DNA of 64,000 nt from an uncultured Acidobacteriota bacterium (GTDB lineage: Bacteria; Acidobacteriota; Thermoanaerobaculia; Gp7-AA8): the NCBI GenBank assembly GCA_963822445.1, contig CAWGHO010000003.1, forward strand, positions 1,792,333 through 1,856,332, written 5' to 3'. Both the position numbers and the translations under genes were made by a program. Under the pieces are notes generated by a model, which had not been told where the DNA came from, made no database searches, and worked only from the letters and a program-made list of their open reading frames with translations. Shown here one piece after another: positions 17,662 to 26,504 of the stretch (position 1 is its first letter; each line of letters begins with the position of its first letter).

Positions 17662-18342
17662 ATGGCTAACGGCAGCCGCACGTGCACCAGCGCAGCAACC
17701 AGCGCCGCCGGTCGTACCGGCATCCATGTCGTTTCTCTCGGCGACTCGCTCGCTTACGGTGCCGGCGACGAGTCCGGCAAAGGAATCGCCGGCCGTCTCG
17801 AATCGGAGTTGCGCGCACACGGCATCGCCGACGTCGAAACGGTGAATCTCGGCGTGAACGGCGCGCAGACCTCCGACCTGATGTCGCGCCTGAAACAGAA
17901 ACGCGTGCGCGACGAGATCGCCCGCGTAGACGCGATCGTGCTGTCCATCGGCGCGAACGACCTGTTCCGCACTCCGCATTCACGCGAGGAAACGCTCCGC
18001 GCGCCGCTGGCCGTGGCCGAGCGCATCCTCGGCCGCATCGAAACTATCGTCGCCGACCTGCACACGATCAACCCGCGCGCCCGCGTCCTGGTGCTCGGCG
18101 GCTACAACCCCGTTCCGCGGCACGAATGGGCGTCGACGATCAACCAGATGCTCGGCGTTTGGGACGCCGCGCTCGCCGCACGGTTCGAGCCCGACCAGCG
18201 CGTGGCGGTGGTGAAGATGTCCGACATCGTGACCGCGCAACGGCTCAGCCGCTACGACTCGTTTCACCCCGGCGCCGATGCGTATCGCGAAGCGGCGAAG
18301 CGCATCGCCGGCATGCTCGTGCGCGAGCTCAGCGCTGCGTGA
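17662..18342 (+). CDS. SGNH/GDSL hydrolase
   Basis: VVSLGDSLAYG (GDS block), GVNG, SIGANDLF (GxND); start ambiguous (GTG at 17644 or ATG at 17662). Confidence 0.7.
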   Translation: MANGSRTCTSAATSAAGRTGIHVVSLGDSLAYGAGDESGKGIAGRLESELRAHGIADVETVNLGVNGAQTSDLMSRLKQKRVRDEIARVDAIVLSIGANDLFRTPHSREETLRAPLAVAERILGRIETIVADLHTINPRARVLVLGGYNPVPRHEWASTINQMLGVWDAALAARFEPDQRVAVVKMSDIVTAQRLSRYDSFHPGADAYREAAKRIAGMLVRELSAA

Positions 18343-19357
18343 ACGAGGTCGCGAACTCCATGGCGTGATAGGTGATGATCAGATCGGCGCCGGCGCGCTT
18401 GATCGAGGTCAGGATCTCGTTCATGACCCGCGGCCCGTCAATCCATCCCTTCGCCGCCGCGGCTTTGACCATCGCGTACTCGCCGCTGACGTTGTACGCC
18501 GCGATCGGAAGCGCCACGCGGTCGCGCGCCTGGCGGATGACGTCGAGATACGACAAGGCCGGTTTGACCATGACGATGTCGGCCCCTTCGTCGACGTCGA
18601 TCTCGATCTCGCGCATGGCCTCGCGGCTGTTCGCCGGATCCATCTGATACGTGCGGCGATCGCCGAACTGCGGCGCGGACTCGGCAGCCTCGCGGAACGG
18701 GCCGTAGAAGCCCGAAGCGAATTTGGCGGAGTAGGCCATGATCCCGACCTCGCTCAATGACCGATCGTCGAGCGCGCGGCGGATGGCGCCGATGCGCCCA
18801 TCCATCATGTCGGACGGCGCGACGAAATCCGCGCCCGCCGCGGCGAAGGAAACGGCCTGCTTCATGAGCAGCGGCAGGGTCTGGTCGTTGTCGACGTCTT
18901 TGACTCCGTTGTGATCGACGATGACGCCGCAATGTCCATGGTCGGTGTACTCACACAGACAAACGTCGGCCATGACGGTCATCGCCGGCACACTGCGCTT
19001 GATGGCCTCGATCGCCAGCTGCACGGGCCCGGACGGATCCCACGAGGAGGACCCGATGCCATCTTTGGCTTCGGGAAGCCCGAAGAGAAGCACGGCCCGA
19101 ATCCCCGCTTCGTAAGCCCGCTGAGCGTCTTCGACCGCATCGCGAACGCGAAGCTGGAAAACGCCGGGCATGGAACCGATCTCGGTCTTCGATCGCGAGT
19201 TGGGAACGATGAAGAGCGGGTAGATGAGGTCTTCGGGACGAACGATGGTCTCCCGCACGAGCGAGCGGATGGATTCGCTCCGCCGCAGCCGTCGCGGGCG
19301 GTTGGTCAGGGCCGCGGGTGCGGCGGTCTCAGTCCGATTCAGGGTCCTGGTCGTCAT
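18329..19357 (-). CDS. hemB: porphobilinogen synthase (delta-aminolevulinate dehydratase)
   Basis: Full-length HemB signature incl. active-site lysines (VMVKPA..., AYSAKFASGFYGPFREA); start set at MTTRTLNRTE (19357); the 58 upstream codons of the ORF are a low-complexity extension. Confidence 0.9.
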   Translation of the reverse strand: MTTRTLNRTETAAPAALTNRPRRLRRSESIRSLVRETIVRPEDLIYPLFIVPNSRSKTEIGSMPGVFQLRVRDAVEDAQRAYEAGIRAVLLFGLPEAKDGIGSSSWDPSGPVQLAIEAIKRSVPAMTVMADVCLCEYTDHGHCGVIVDHNGVKDVDNDQTLPLLMKQAVSFAAAGADFVAPSDMMDGRIGAIRRALDDRSLSEVGIMAYSAKFASGFYGPFREAAESAPQFGDRRTYQMDPANSREAMREIEIDVDEGADIVMVKPALSYLDVIRQARDRVALPIAAYNVSGEYAMVKAAAAKGWIDGPRVMNEILTSIKRAGADLIITYHAMEFATSFTQR

Positions 19358-19535
19358 CGTTCTCTCCGGTGAAATAGTAGGCGCGGGCACAATCGGGCGA
19401 GCAGAACTTGCGGCCGTACCCTTTGTGGGCGCAGTCGGCACAGAAGTGCCGCTGGCAGATGGTGCAAAGCTCGAGCGGCGCGGCCTCCTGCGCCGCCCCG
19501 CAGCCCACACAGATCCGATCGTGGATCTCACTCAT
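19329..19535 (-). CDS. 68-aa cysteine-rich (4x CxxC) zinc-ribbon-like micro-protein overlapping the hemB start
   Basis: MSEIHDRICVGCGAAQEAAPLELCTICQRHFCADCAHKGYGRKFCSPDCARAYY...; regular CxxC spacing is unlikely by chance; no obvious SD. Confidence 0.4.
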   Translation of the reverse strand: MSEIHDRICVGCGAAQEAAPLELCTICQRHFCADCAHKGYGRKFCSPDCARAYYFTGENDDDQDPESD

Positions 19536-19586
19536 CGCTCGAAATATCCAGTCATTCGGGCTGTTAAGTCTAGTCCCGGCCGCTCC

Positions 19587-19616
19587 TTGACGGTCGGAAG
19601 CCGGGCCTCCTACAAT
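19587..19616 (+). promoter_or_regulatory. sigma-70-like promoter for the tRNA gene (TTGACG -18- TACAAT)
   Basis: TTGACG at 19587-19592 and TACAAT at 19611-19616, ~19 nt upstream of the mature tRNA 5' end. Confidence 0.45.
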
Positions 19617-19634
19617 CCCGGTCCCCTCGCACCT

Positions 19635-19711
19635 GGCGGTGTAGCTCAGATGGTTAGAGCGGGCGTCTCATAAGCGCTAGGTCATAGGTTCGATTCCTAT
19701 CACCGCCACCA
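19635..19711 (+). tRNA. tRNA with CAT anticodon (elongator Met or lysidine-modified Ile2; G1-C72 paired so not initiator)
   Basis: Cloverleaf: acceptor GGCGGTG/CACCGCC, D-arm GCTC AGATGGTTA GAGC, anticodon stem GGCGT/GCGCT with loop CTCATAA, T-arm ATAGG TTCGATT CCTAT, 3' CCA encoded. Confidence 0.85.
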
Positions 19712-19877
19712 ACTCCCCGCAACACGCGGACCTTCGGCCGCGGTTGCTCGCCGCGATGCAGCGGACGCTTCGCGCCGCTGATCGACGGCGTTGCATCTCG
19801 CCAACCGCGGCGCTCAGCCGCGCGATACGCGCCGGCTGCGGCGGCGCGAGCGACATGGGCGCGGAGCGTCCTCATGT

Positions 19878-19953
19878 CGCGCTATGTAGCCAGGTTTAGA
19901 GCGGGCGTCTCCTAGGCGCCAGGTCATAGGTTCGATTCCGATCACCGCCACCA
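19878..19953 (+). pseudogene. decayed duplicate of the adjacent tRNA (intact anticodon and T arms, anticodon now CCT, 5' acceptor strand destroyed, D-loop shortened)
   Basis: GAGCGGGCGTCTCCTAGGCGCCAGGTCATAGGTTCGATTCCGATCACCGCCACCA is near-identical to the 3' two-thirds of the tRNA at 19635; the 5' part GCGCTATGTAGCCAGGTTTAGAGC cannot pair with CACCGCC. Confidence 0.5.
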
Positions 19954-20226
19954 CGCACCCTCCCGCGGCTCCTGTCGTCCTCGATCCCATCACCTGCCGC
20001 GCCGCGCGGCCCTTCGGCCGGTCGCTCGCCGCGATGCAGCGGACGCTTCGCGCAGGTCATCGGCGAGCATTCGCGCGCGACTTCGCGAGAAGAGGGGCGG
20101 CTCCGCGGATAGCGCCGATCGAGGGGGCTTGCTGTAAGGGGGCGGCCGCTCGCCGCGCTGTAGCGGAGCGCTGGACTCCAGCGGCTGTCGATGGGGAGGG
20201 TGTCGGGAAGGGATTTCTCGTACCCG

Positions 20227-23061
20227 TTATTCGCGGCGAAAGATCATCAGCCGGACATTGGAGGGCAGCGCGTTGTTTTCGGAATCGCGCGCCTTGATGA
20301 ACGCACGGCCCGACGCCACGCCCACACGGGAGTACACCGCTCCCCCTCCGCTCGAGAGAGTGAAGCTGTCGGTCACGCCATTCGCCGGATCCCTGGTATC
20401 CAGCTCATACGCGCACGAGCAACCCGCGCCCGGGTCGTAGTCGAGATTCTGGAAGATCTCGCGGAACTTCCAGCTCGGTTGCGTGAACTGCGCCGCCACC
20501 CCCGTCGTAGCGTCGTCGCTGTACGTCGCGAGCGCGAAGTCGGCGATCCACGGTTCCGCATCCGCTCCGAGATTCGTCTCGAGATTGGTCAGGCCGGTCT
20601 GTTGTGTATTGACCAATCCCTGCCAGAACGAAGTTTCTGTACTGCCGCGGCGATCCGACGCGTAGCGGAGGAACGCCCACGCCTCACCGCGCGTAGCGTC
20701 ATCGTCATCCTCCTGGGTAAGGCCGCTGGCATGCGGCGACAACAGCCAGTCACGCAACCGTGCGAAGTTCGGCTCTCCATATCGGAAGAACGCGTCGACC
20801 GCGCCGCCCACCTGGCCGACGCCGAGATTCGATCGCGGTGAAAGCGCAGCGGCCTGGTAGAACACCAGTTCCTCCGCGACCAGCGCCAGCCCTTCGTCGA
20901 GCCAGACCTCTTCGAGCTCGACGAACGGCGTGTTGACATGCATGCGCCGCGACGCGTTGAGCAGATGCTCGAGCTCGTGCGCGAGCGTGCGGAGCGTCCT
21001 CTCCTTCACGAAGGAAACGCTCCGCGCGTTTCCGTTGATCGAGCCGGCCGGATCGGCCATCAGCGTGTAAATCATCTCGCCGACGTTGCTCGTCGTACAG
21101 CTCGCCGCGGGAGACAGATCGCGCGAGAAGAAGAAGCCGTCGACGAGAGGCGCGCTCGTCGGGGTGAGCTGATTGACGGCTGATGTGTAGAACGCGATGA
21201 CACGCAGGTTGCTGTCGATGTCCGCCGGTTGTCCGAACGCCGTGGTCACCGCGGGCCAGATCGTGTCGTCGAACTCGGCGGCGATCTCCTGGTAGTCCGC
21301 GGTCGTCAGCCCGTTCGCAATGACCGGAGATCCGCCGCTGACCTCCTGCATGACGATGATGTGCGTACCGACGACCTCCACGCGCGCCTGCCGGTTGTCG
21401 AACGTGCTGCAGGAGTTGTCGGTCTCCACGTTGATCGTCATCAGCGCGCCGACCGAAGGGACGCCGGGCGTGATCGCATTCCACTGCACTCCGTCATGGT
21501 GGGTCTGGAGACGCTTCTTCATCTCCCGGCGCTCGCGCACGCGGAGTTGCGACTCGAACGCGCGGTCCTCGACCAGGCTCCGGCTCGCATCAGGAGAGGG
21601 GCGGAGCCGGCTCGCCAGTGGCAGCGGCGGACCACTCACCGCCACGATTCCGGTCGCCGTCAACTCGACACCGACGGAACTTTCAGAAGATGCATTGACC
21701 GGCACGATGGTGTACTCGGCAGTGCTCGAGAGACAGAGCGTCGGCGGCACCGGCGTCGCCGACGTGAAGACGCCGCCTACAGACAGCGAGACGCATGTCA
21801 TCTGGGTCACTGTGATCGAAAGCGTTTGCACGGCCGTCCCGCCGGAACTGCTTGCGGTCACGTCGATGACGTAGACGTTGTTCCCGTCCGAGTCCGCGGG
21901 AGCAAGAAAATCAGGTGGGACGCTGAACGAGAGCGCGCCGTTGCCGGCGATCGACAGGTCGCCCTGATCCGCGCCGCCGGTGATCGTGAAGGTGACCGGA
22001 TCGCCTTCGGGATCGGGGGCGACGGCGGTATGGAACACGCCGTCCGCCTGTTCCGTCGTGCTGATTGCACTCGAGCTCGTGAACGACGGCCCCTCGTTGA
22101 CGTTCGTCACCGTCACCGCGATGGCCTCGGCAGCTACGTTTCCCTGTCCATCGCTGGCGGCGACGATGACCTCGTACACGTTGTTGGCACCGCCGTCGGT
22201 TGGCGATTCGAAGTTCGGCGCCGCGTTGAACGTCAGCGCACCCACCGTGGGATGGATCGAGAACTTCGCCGCGTCCGCGCCGCCGAAGATCGAATAGGTG
22301 CGCGGATTCGCTTCCGGGTCCGTGGTCGTCACGGTCATCACCGCCGTGGCGTTCTCGGCGGCGGCCGGCACCGTCGATGATGTAAAGACAGGGGGGCCGT
22401 TCAACGGCGCACCCGTCGTCGACGCCTGCCGCGCACCGCTTCTCAGCTCGTGGACGTGCGCGGACTTGACCGTCGTGACGCCGGCCGTGAGCGAGCTGTC
22501 GGTGAACGTGATCGTGGCCATGCCCAATGCGGTCCGGGCAGCGTTCAACGCCGAACGCAGCTCCGAAATGTGAACGGCGCGGATCGTCGTCGAGGTCGTC
22601 AGCGTCGGATCGGTGAACGACGTAGCCCCAAGTCCGCCGAACACGCGCATCGCGTTCACGTCGGTGCGAAGCTGCGAAATGTGGGTGGTTTTTACGGGTG
22701 TCGCGCCGGCGACGAGAGGATCGTCGGTGAATGAGAACGTGCCGGCGTAAACGGCCGTGCTGCTCGAGCCTCCTGCCACCCGCACCTGGTAGCGGTAGGT
22801 CGTGTTCGCCGCCGCGGTCGTATCAGTGAATCTCGTCGACGAGGAGGAACCGATCTGTACGGGCAGGCCGCCGGTCGACCGGAGCACCTCGTAGGTCTGC
22901 GCGCCGGCAACGGCGTTCCATGTGATCGTCACCGACGTCGTGCTGTTCACCGTCGCCTGCAGGTTGGCCGGAGGGGTGTCGGTGACGGCGGTCGGGTGAG
23001 CTAGCGCCCCTGTCGCCGCGAGGGCAAACGAAAAGACGACGACGAACCGGCGGCGCCCCAT
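20227..23061 (-). CDS. secreted zinc metalloprotease (HExxH) with N-terminal FN3-like domain, three ~45-aa TFTD...HISELR repeats and two cadherin-like domains
   Basis: Signal peptide MGRRRFVVVFSFALAATGALA; cadherin-like NVYEVIVAASDGQGNVAAEAIAVTVTNVNEGPSF; C-terminal TLAHELEHLLN ... WLDEGLA. Confidence 0.7.
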   Translation of the reverse strand: MGRRRFVVVFSFALAATGALAHPTAVTDTPPANLQATVNSTTSVTITWNAVAGAQTYEVLRSTGGLPVQIGSSSSTRFTDTTAAANTTYRYQVRVAGGSSSTAVYAGTFSFTDDPLVAGATPVKTTHISQLRTDVNAMRVFGGLGATSFTDPTLTTSTTIRAVHISELRSALNAARTALGMATITFTDSSLTAGVTTVKSAHVHELRSGARQASTTGAPLNGPPVFTSSTVPAAAENATAVMTVTTTDPEANPRTYSIFGGADAAKFSIHPTVGALTFNAAPNFESPTDGGANNVYEVIVAASDGQGNVAAEAIAVTVTNVNEGPSFTSSSAISTTEQADGVFHTAVAPDPEGDPVTFTITGGADQGDLSIAGNGALSFSVPPDFLAPADSDGNNVYVIDVTASSSGGTAVQTLSITVTQMTCVSLSVGGVFTSATPVPPTLCLSSTAEYTIVPVNASSESSVGVELTATGIVAVSGPPLPLASRLRPSPDASRSLVEDRAFESQLRVRERREMKKRLQTHHDGVQWNAITPGVPSVGALMTINVETDNSCSTFDNRQARVEVVGTHIIVMQEVSGGSPVIANGLTTADYQEIAAEFDDTIWPAVTTAFGQPADIDSNLRVIAFYTSAVNQLTPTSAPLVDGFFFSRDLSPAASCTTSNVGEMIYTLMADPAGSINGNARSVSFVKERTLRTLAHELEHLLNASRRMHVNTPFVELEEVWLDEGLALVAEELVFYQAAALSPRSNLGVGQVGGAVDAFFRYGEPNFARLRDWLLSPHASGLTQEDDDDATRGEAWAFLRYASDRRGSTETSFWQGLVNTQQTGLTNLETNLGADAEPWIADFALATYSDDATTGVAAQFTQPSWKFREIFQNLDYDPGAGCSCAYELDTRDPANGVTDSFTLSSGGGAVYSRVGVASGRAFIKARDSENNALPSNVRLMIFRRE

Positions 23062-23193
23062 AGGAATCTCAGCTAACGGGATTACGGGAATTGTACGTCA
23101 GCAATCGCCGAAGTGAGGCGCTCAGCCGCGCGTAATCGGCTGCGGCGGCGCGAGCGACCGTGGGGAAGGTCCGCGCGTCGCTACAATCTACGC

Positions 23194-23622
23194 ATGCCGT
23201 TCGTACAGACCTTCTTCAACGACACCCCCTACCCGTCCGCGATGATCGTGGAAGCCCTGGATGGATGGGCTCTCTTCGCCTCGCCGGGACAGTACGGCGC
23301 GGACAACATCGGGGGCCGCCGTTGGTTCAATGACGGAGCGGCGTACATCTGGTTTTACGCGCCCGGCGCGCCACCATTCGGCGCGCCGCAGGTCGTCTGC
23401 CGTGATCGTGAACAACACCGACGACGACGTCGCTTTGCTCCAGATGAACGACACGCCCGGATACGGAACGTTCCGCTGCCCTGCGAACAGCACCACCAGT
23501 ACTGATGCCGGCGAGGGCGGAGTACAGATCAACCGAGCGCCGGCCCTCACCTGGCTGCTCCTCGGTCGCGGCGCTTTCATGATGTGGGACAACGGGCAAC
23601 ACCAGATCGAGGCAGCCTGATT
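23194..23622 (+). pseudogene. small conserved-looking gene interrupted by an apparent +1 frameshift near 23395-23410 (or sequencing indel)
   Basis: Frame A MPFVQTFFNDTPYPSAMIVEALDGWALFASPGQYGADNIGGRRWFNDGAAYIWFYAPGAPPFGAPQ then degenerates into Arg-rich junk; frame B continues protein-like (AVIVNNTDDDVALLQMNDTPGYGTFRCPANSTT...WDNGQHQIEAA) to a stop at 23622. Confidence 0.35.
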
Positions 23623-23985
23623 CGGCGCCGCGGGCGGCGGAGATTTCCGCACTCCTCGACGTCTCGCGCGGGCGGAGGCCGAAATGCCTCTCAGGCGTCG
23701 AGAATCTCGACCTTTCGGGACACGATCTGCGAAGGATCGACTTTCGCGGGCTTTCGATCGAAGGAGCGGACCTGCGGCGCGACGATCGCCGACGTCGAAG
23801 AAAACGGGCTCGCCAACGCGGCGCGCTTCGAGGTCAGCCGCGGAAACGTCAGAGGCGTGAAGTTCGACCGCAAGGCCATTCGCTACCTCACCGACGTCGT
23901 GAACGGGGAGTTCGGAGGCCAGCTTCGCGTCGTCCCGATGGAAAAACTCGCGGCGTCGACCCGATCCTCGACCAGGATTGAGCGC

Positions 23986-24480
23986 TTAATCCGTCTGGGT
24001 CACATCCGGATAAATGATGAAACTCCCGTTTGCCCAGACGATGTCGCAGTCGAAGTCGCTCGTGATTCCGTTCACGTACGTCGCGTCGAAGTTGCCGTCG
24101 CGGCCTGCCGAGCGGATCGCGTAGCCGCCCGAGTCCGAGCCGCTCACCTCCGGCGTCACGGCGAACTGCAGCGGGCGGAGCCAGCCGTCGACGCTGGGAA
24201 TGTCGCGGAGGTACGTCGGGCGGAGCGCGGTCACCAACGCGTCGTATGTCACCGGCGCCGCCGACGGGAACGTGTAGCCGGACAGCATGTAACTCTGCGT
24301 GTCCGTGGCGCGGGCTTCCCAGGCATGGGCGATGATGCGGATGTCGTTCACGGTCCGTTTCTGGCGCGCGCGGTTGATCGCGTTCATGTAGTTCACGATG
24401 CCGATGGCCACGAGAATGGCGATGATCGCGCCGATGATGAGAAGCTCGAGGACCGAGAAACCAGCCTGCCGTCTGCGCAT
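23986..24480 (-). CDS. type IV pilin / type II secretion pseudopilin (prepilin-type N-terminal cleavage/methylation domain)
   Basis: MRRRQAGFSVLELLIIGAIIAILVAIGI N-terminus; AAAGGAG RBS. Confidence 0.8.
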   Translation of the reverse strand: MRRRQAGFSVLELLIIGAIIAILVAIGIVNYMNAINRARQKRTVNDIRIIAHAWEARATDTQSYMLSGYTFPSAAPVTYDALVTALRPTYLRDIPSVDGWLRPLQFAVTPEVSGSDSGGYAIRSAGRDGNFDATYVNGITSDFDCDIVWANGSFIIYPDVTQTD

Positions 24481-24530
24481 ACCCGGACTCCTTTTGACGT
24501 ACTTTTGGCAAAGTTACGCCAGGGACCTCA

Positions 24531-25856
24531 ATGCTCCTTAGTGCCGTTCGTCAGTTTTTCGTCAAACAGAACATCGGACCGCGTGCCATCGTCGCCGCGG
24601 TGTCGGGAGGCACTGACTCCACGGCGCTGTTGCTCGCCCTCGCCGATCTCCGCGACGAAGGCTTCGACCTCGCCGCCGTTCACGTCAACCATCATCTTCG
24701 CGGCGCGGAGTCCGATGGCGATGAAGCATTCGTTCGCGATCTCTGCGCGCAATTGGGCGTGCCGCTCGATGTCGTCGACGGAACGCTCGATACCGAAGCG
24801 ATCAGGCGGCGCGGGATCGAAGCCGCGGCTCGCGAGGTGCGTTACGCGAAGTTGCGCGAAAAAGGCGGCGATCGTCTCGTCGCCACCGCCCATCAGAAGA
24901 ACGATCAGGCCGAAACGGTGCTCATGCGGCTGCTCACCGGCAGCGGCATCGCCGGCCTTCGCGGCGTGCATCCCGTGCGGGCCGACGGCTTCATTCGCCC
25001 GTTGCTCGACCTCACCCGCGAAGAGATCGAAGCGTTTCTGCGTGAACGCGGCGTCACGGCGCGGATCGACAGGTCCAACGAAGATCCCCGCTTCCTGCGC
25101 AATCGCGTCCGCGCGATCGTGCGCGAGCTGAACGCCGTCGACAACCTCGTCGCCGTCGCCGCGCAGGCTCGCGAGCAATGGCCGATGCTCGAACAGGCCA
25201 TCGACGCGGCGGAGCCGGCGGCGCTGCAAGGACACTGGCCCCCCGAACTCTGGTTGCGCCAGGCGCTCCTCCAGCGACTGGTTCGGCGGCTCGATCCCGA
25301 CGCTCGCGATTTCGACGCGCGGCGGCTCGCCGAAGAGCTGGATGGAGTGATGCGCGTCAGCGTTTCCAGGTCGGTCGAACTGGTCCGGCGCCGCGGCGCA
25401 CTTCTTCTCGAGCGCAAGCGCGAGGAAGCCGCCGAGTTCGCGGTGAGCGTCGCCGCCGGAGCCGCGGTCTACATCCCCGAGCTCGATCTGACGCTCGGCA
25501 TCAGCGAAGGCGTGACCGGCCGTGGCCAGCGCTTCCAGCTCCCCTCCGGCGCGGCGGCCAGGTTCATCGTCCGCAACCGTCGCAACGGCGACCGCTTTCA
25601 GCCTCTTGGACTTACGAGCCCGAAAAAGCTGAAGGATTTTCTGATTGATCGTAAAATCGCCGCGGACGTCCGAGACCGCCTACCCCTGCTGCTGTGGAAC
25701 GACGAGATCGTCTGGATCGGTGGGGTGGAGGTTTCCGAACGCTTCAAGGTGACCACGGCCCCGGGGGGAATGCTCTACGAAGTGTGGATGGAGGGCTTGG
25801 GTGCAGAACATCACTCCCGTCTTCACCGAGGAACAGATCAGGGGGCGGATCCGTGA
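24531..25856 (+). CDS. tilS: tRNA(Ile)-lysidine synthetase
   Basis: PP-loop SGGTDSTALL and TilS core; canonical position upstream of hpt-ftsH; the 3' end overlaps hpt by ~56 nt. Confidence 0.85.
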   Translation: MLLSAVRQFFVKQNIGPRAIVAAVSGGTDSTALLLALADLRDEGFDLAAVHVNHHLRGAESDGDEAFVRDLCAQLGVPLDVVDGTLDTEAIRRRGIEAAAREVRYAKLREKGGDRLVATAHQKNDQAETVLMRLLTGSGIAGLRGVHPVRADGFIRPLLDLTREEIEAFLRERGVTARIDRSNEDPRFLRNRVRAIVRELNAVDNLVAVAAQAREQWPMLEQAIDAAEPAALQGHWPPELWLRQALLQRLVRRLDPDARDFDARRLAEELDGVMRVSVSRSVELVRRRGALLLERKREEAAEFAVSVAAGAAVYIPELDLTLGISEGVTGRGQRFQLPSGAAARFIVRNRRNGDRFQPLGLTSPKKLKDFLIDRKIAADVRDRLPLLLWNDEIVWIGGVEVSERFKVTTAPGGMLYEVWMEGLGAEHHSRLHRGTDQGADP

Positions 25857-26316
25857 GCTGGGAGCTGCGATCCGCGCCGACGCCGGCGACGCCGAAGTGT
25901 TCCTCCTCGGCATCCTCAAAGGCGCCTCCTGTTTCCTGAGCGATCTCCTGCGCGCCATCCCCGGCGATGTCAGTTATGGCTTCATCGACGTCGTCCGCGA
26001 CGCCGCTGACAGCCAGATCGCCGACGCCATCGAGATCGACTTTCTCAGCTACACCGACATCCGCGAGCGCCGGGTCTACGTCCTGAAGGATGTGGTCGCC
26101 ACCGGCGTGATCGAGAACTACCTCCTCAGCCAGCTGCGCGTGCACGGCCCGGCCACGCTCCGCCTTGTGGCCCTCCTAGACCGCCCCGACGCCCGAACGT
26201 CCGATGTAACCACCCATTTTCACTGCTTCACCATCAGCGACGGCATCTACGCCGGCTACGGCCTCGAGCACGAGCGGAGGCATGGGAATCTGCCGTTTAT
26301 TGGGAGGGTGGGCTAG
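25801..26316 (+). CDS. hpt: hypoxanthine-guanine phosphoribosyltransferase
   Basis: PRPP-binding VYVLKDVVATG, typical HPRT N-terminus; conserved tilS-hpt-ftsH order. Confidence 0.85.
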   Translation: MQNITPVFTEEQIRGRIRELGAAIRADAGDAEVFLLGILKGASCFLSDLLRAIPGDVSYGFIDVVRDAADSQIADAIEIDFLSYTDIRERRVYVLKDVVATGVIENYLLSQLRVHGPATLRLVALLDRPDARTSDVTTHFHCFTISDGIYAGYGLEHERRHGNLPFIGRVG

Positions 26317-26504
26317 CGCCGCTGCGCGGCGCGTTACGCGGTTTCGAGGTTGCGGGGTTACGAGGAAGACGGATCCAAACCTCGTAACCTCCAAACCCCG
26401 TAACCCCGTAACCCGCAACAGAATATCGACCCGGCAGACCTCGTTACGTCCGTGAGTAGATGGCATGGGCGAAGCATCGCCCAGCCCTCGTTGGAGGCAA
26501 TCCG

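Noticed and set aside
20034-20297. 87-aa ORF downstream of the pseudo-tRNA
   Set aside because: Lies entirely within the duplicated tRNA spacer repeat; Arg/Ala-rich with no motif.
19587-23180. Genomic island or prophage integrated at the tRNA
   Set aside because: Repeats flank the protease gene, but there is no integrase, excisionase, transposase or phage gene, and the duplicated tRNA copy lies only ~170 bp from the intact one. Local tandem duplication and decay is more parsimonious.
23584-25131. 515-aa plus-strand ORF spanning the pilin and tilS regions
   Set aside because: Antisense to the pilin gene (with its strong RBS and canonical prepilin N-terminus) and out of frame with tilS. The 23700-23980 part has no support.
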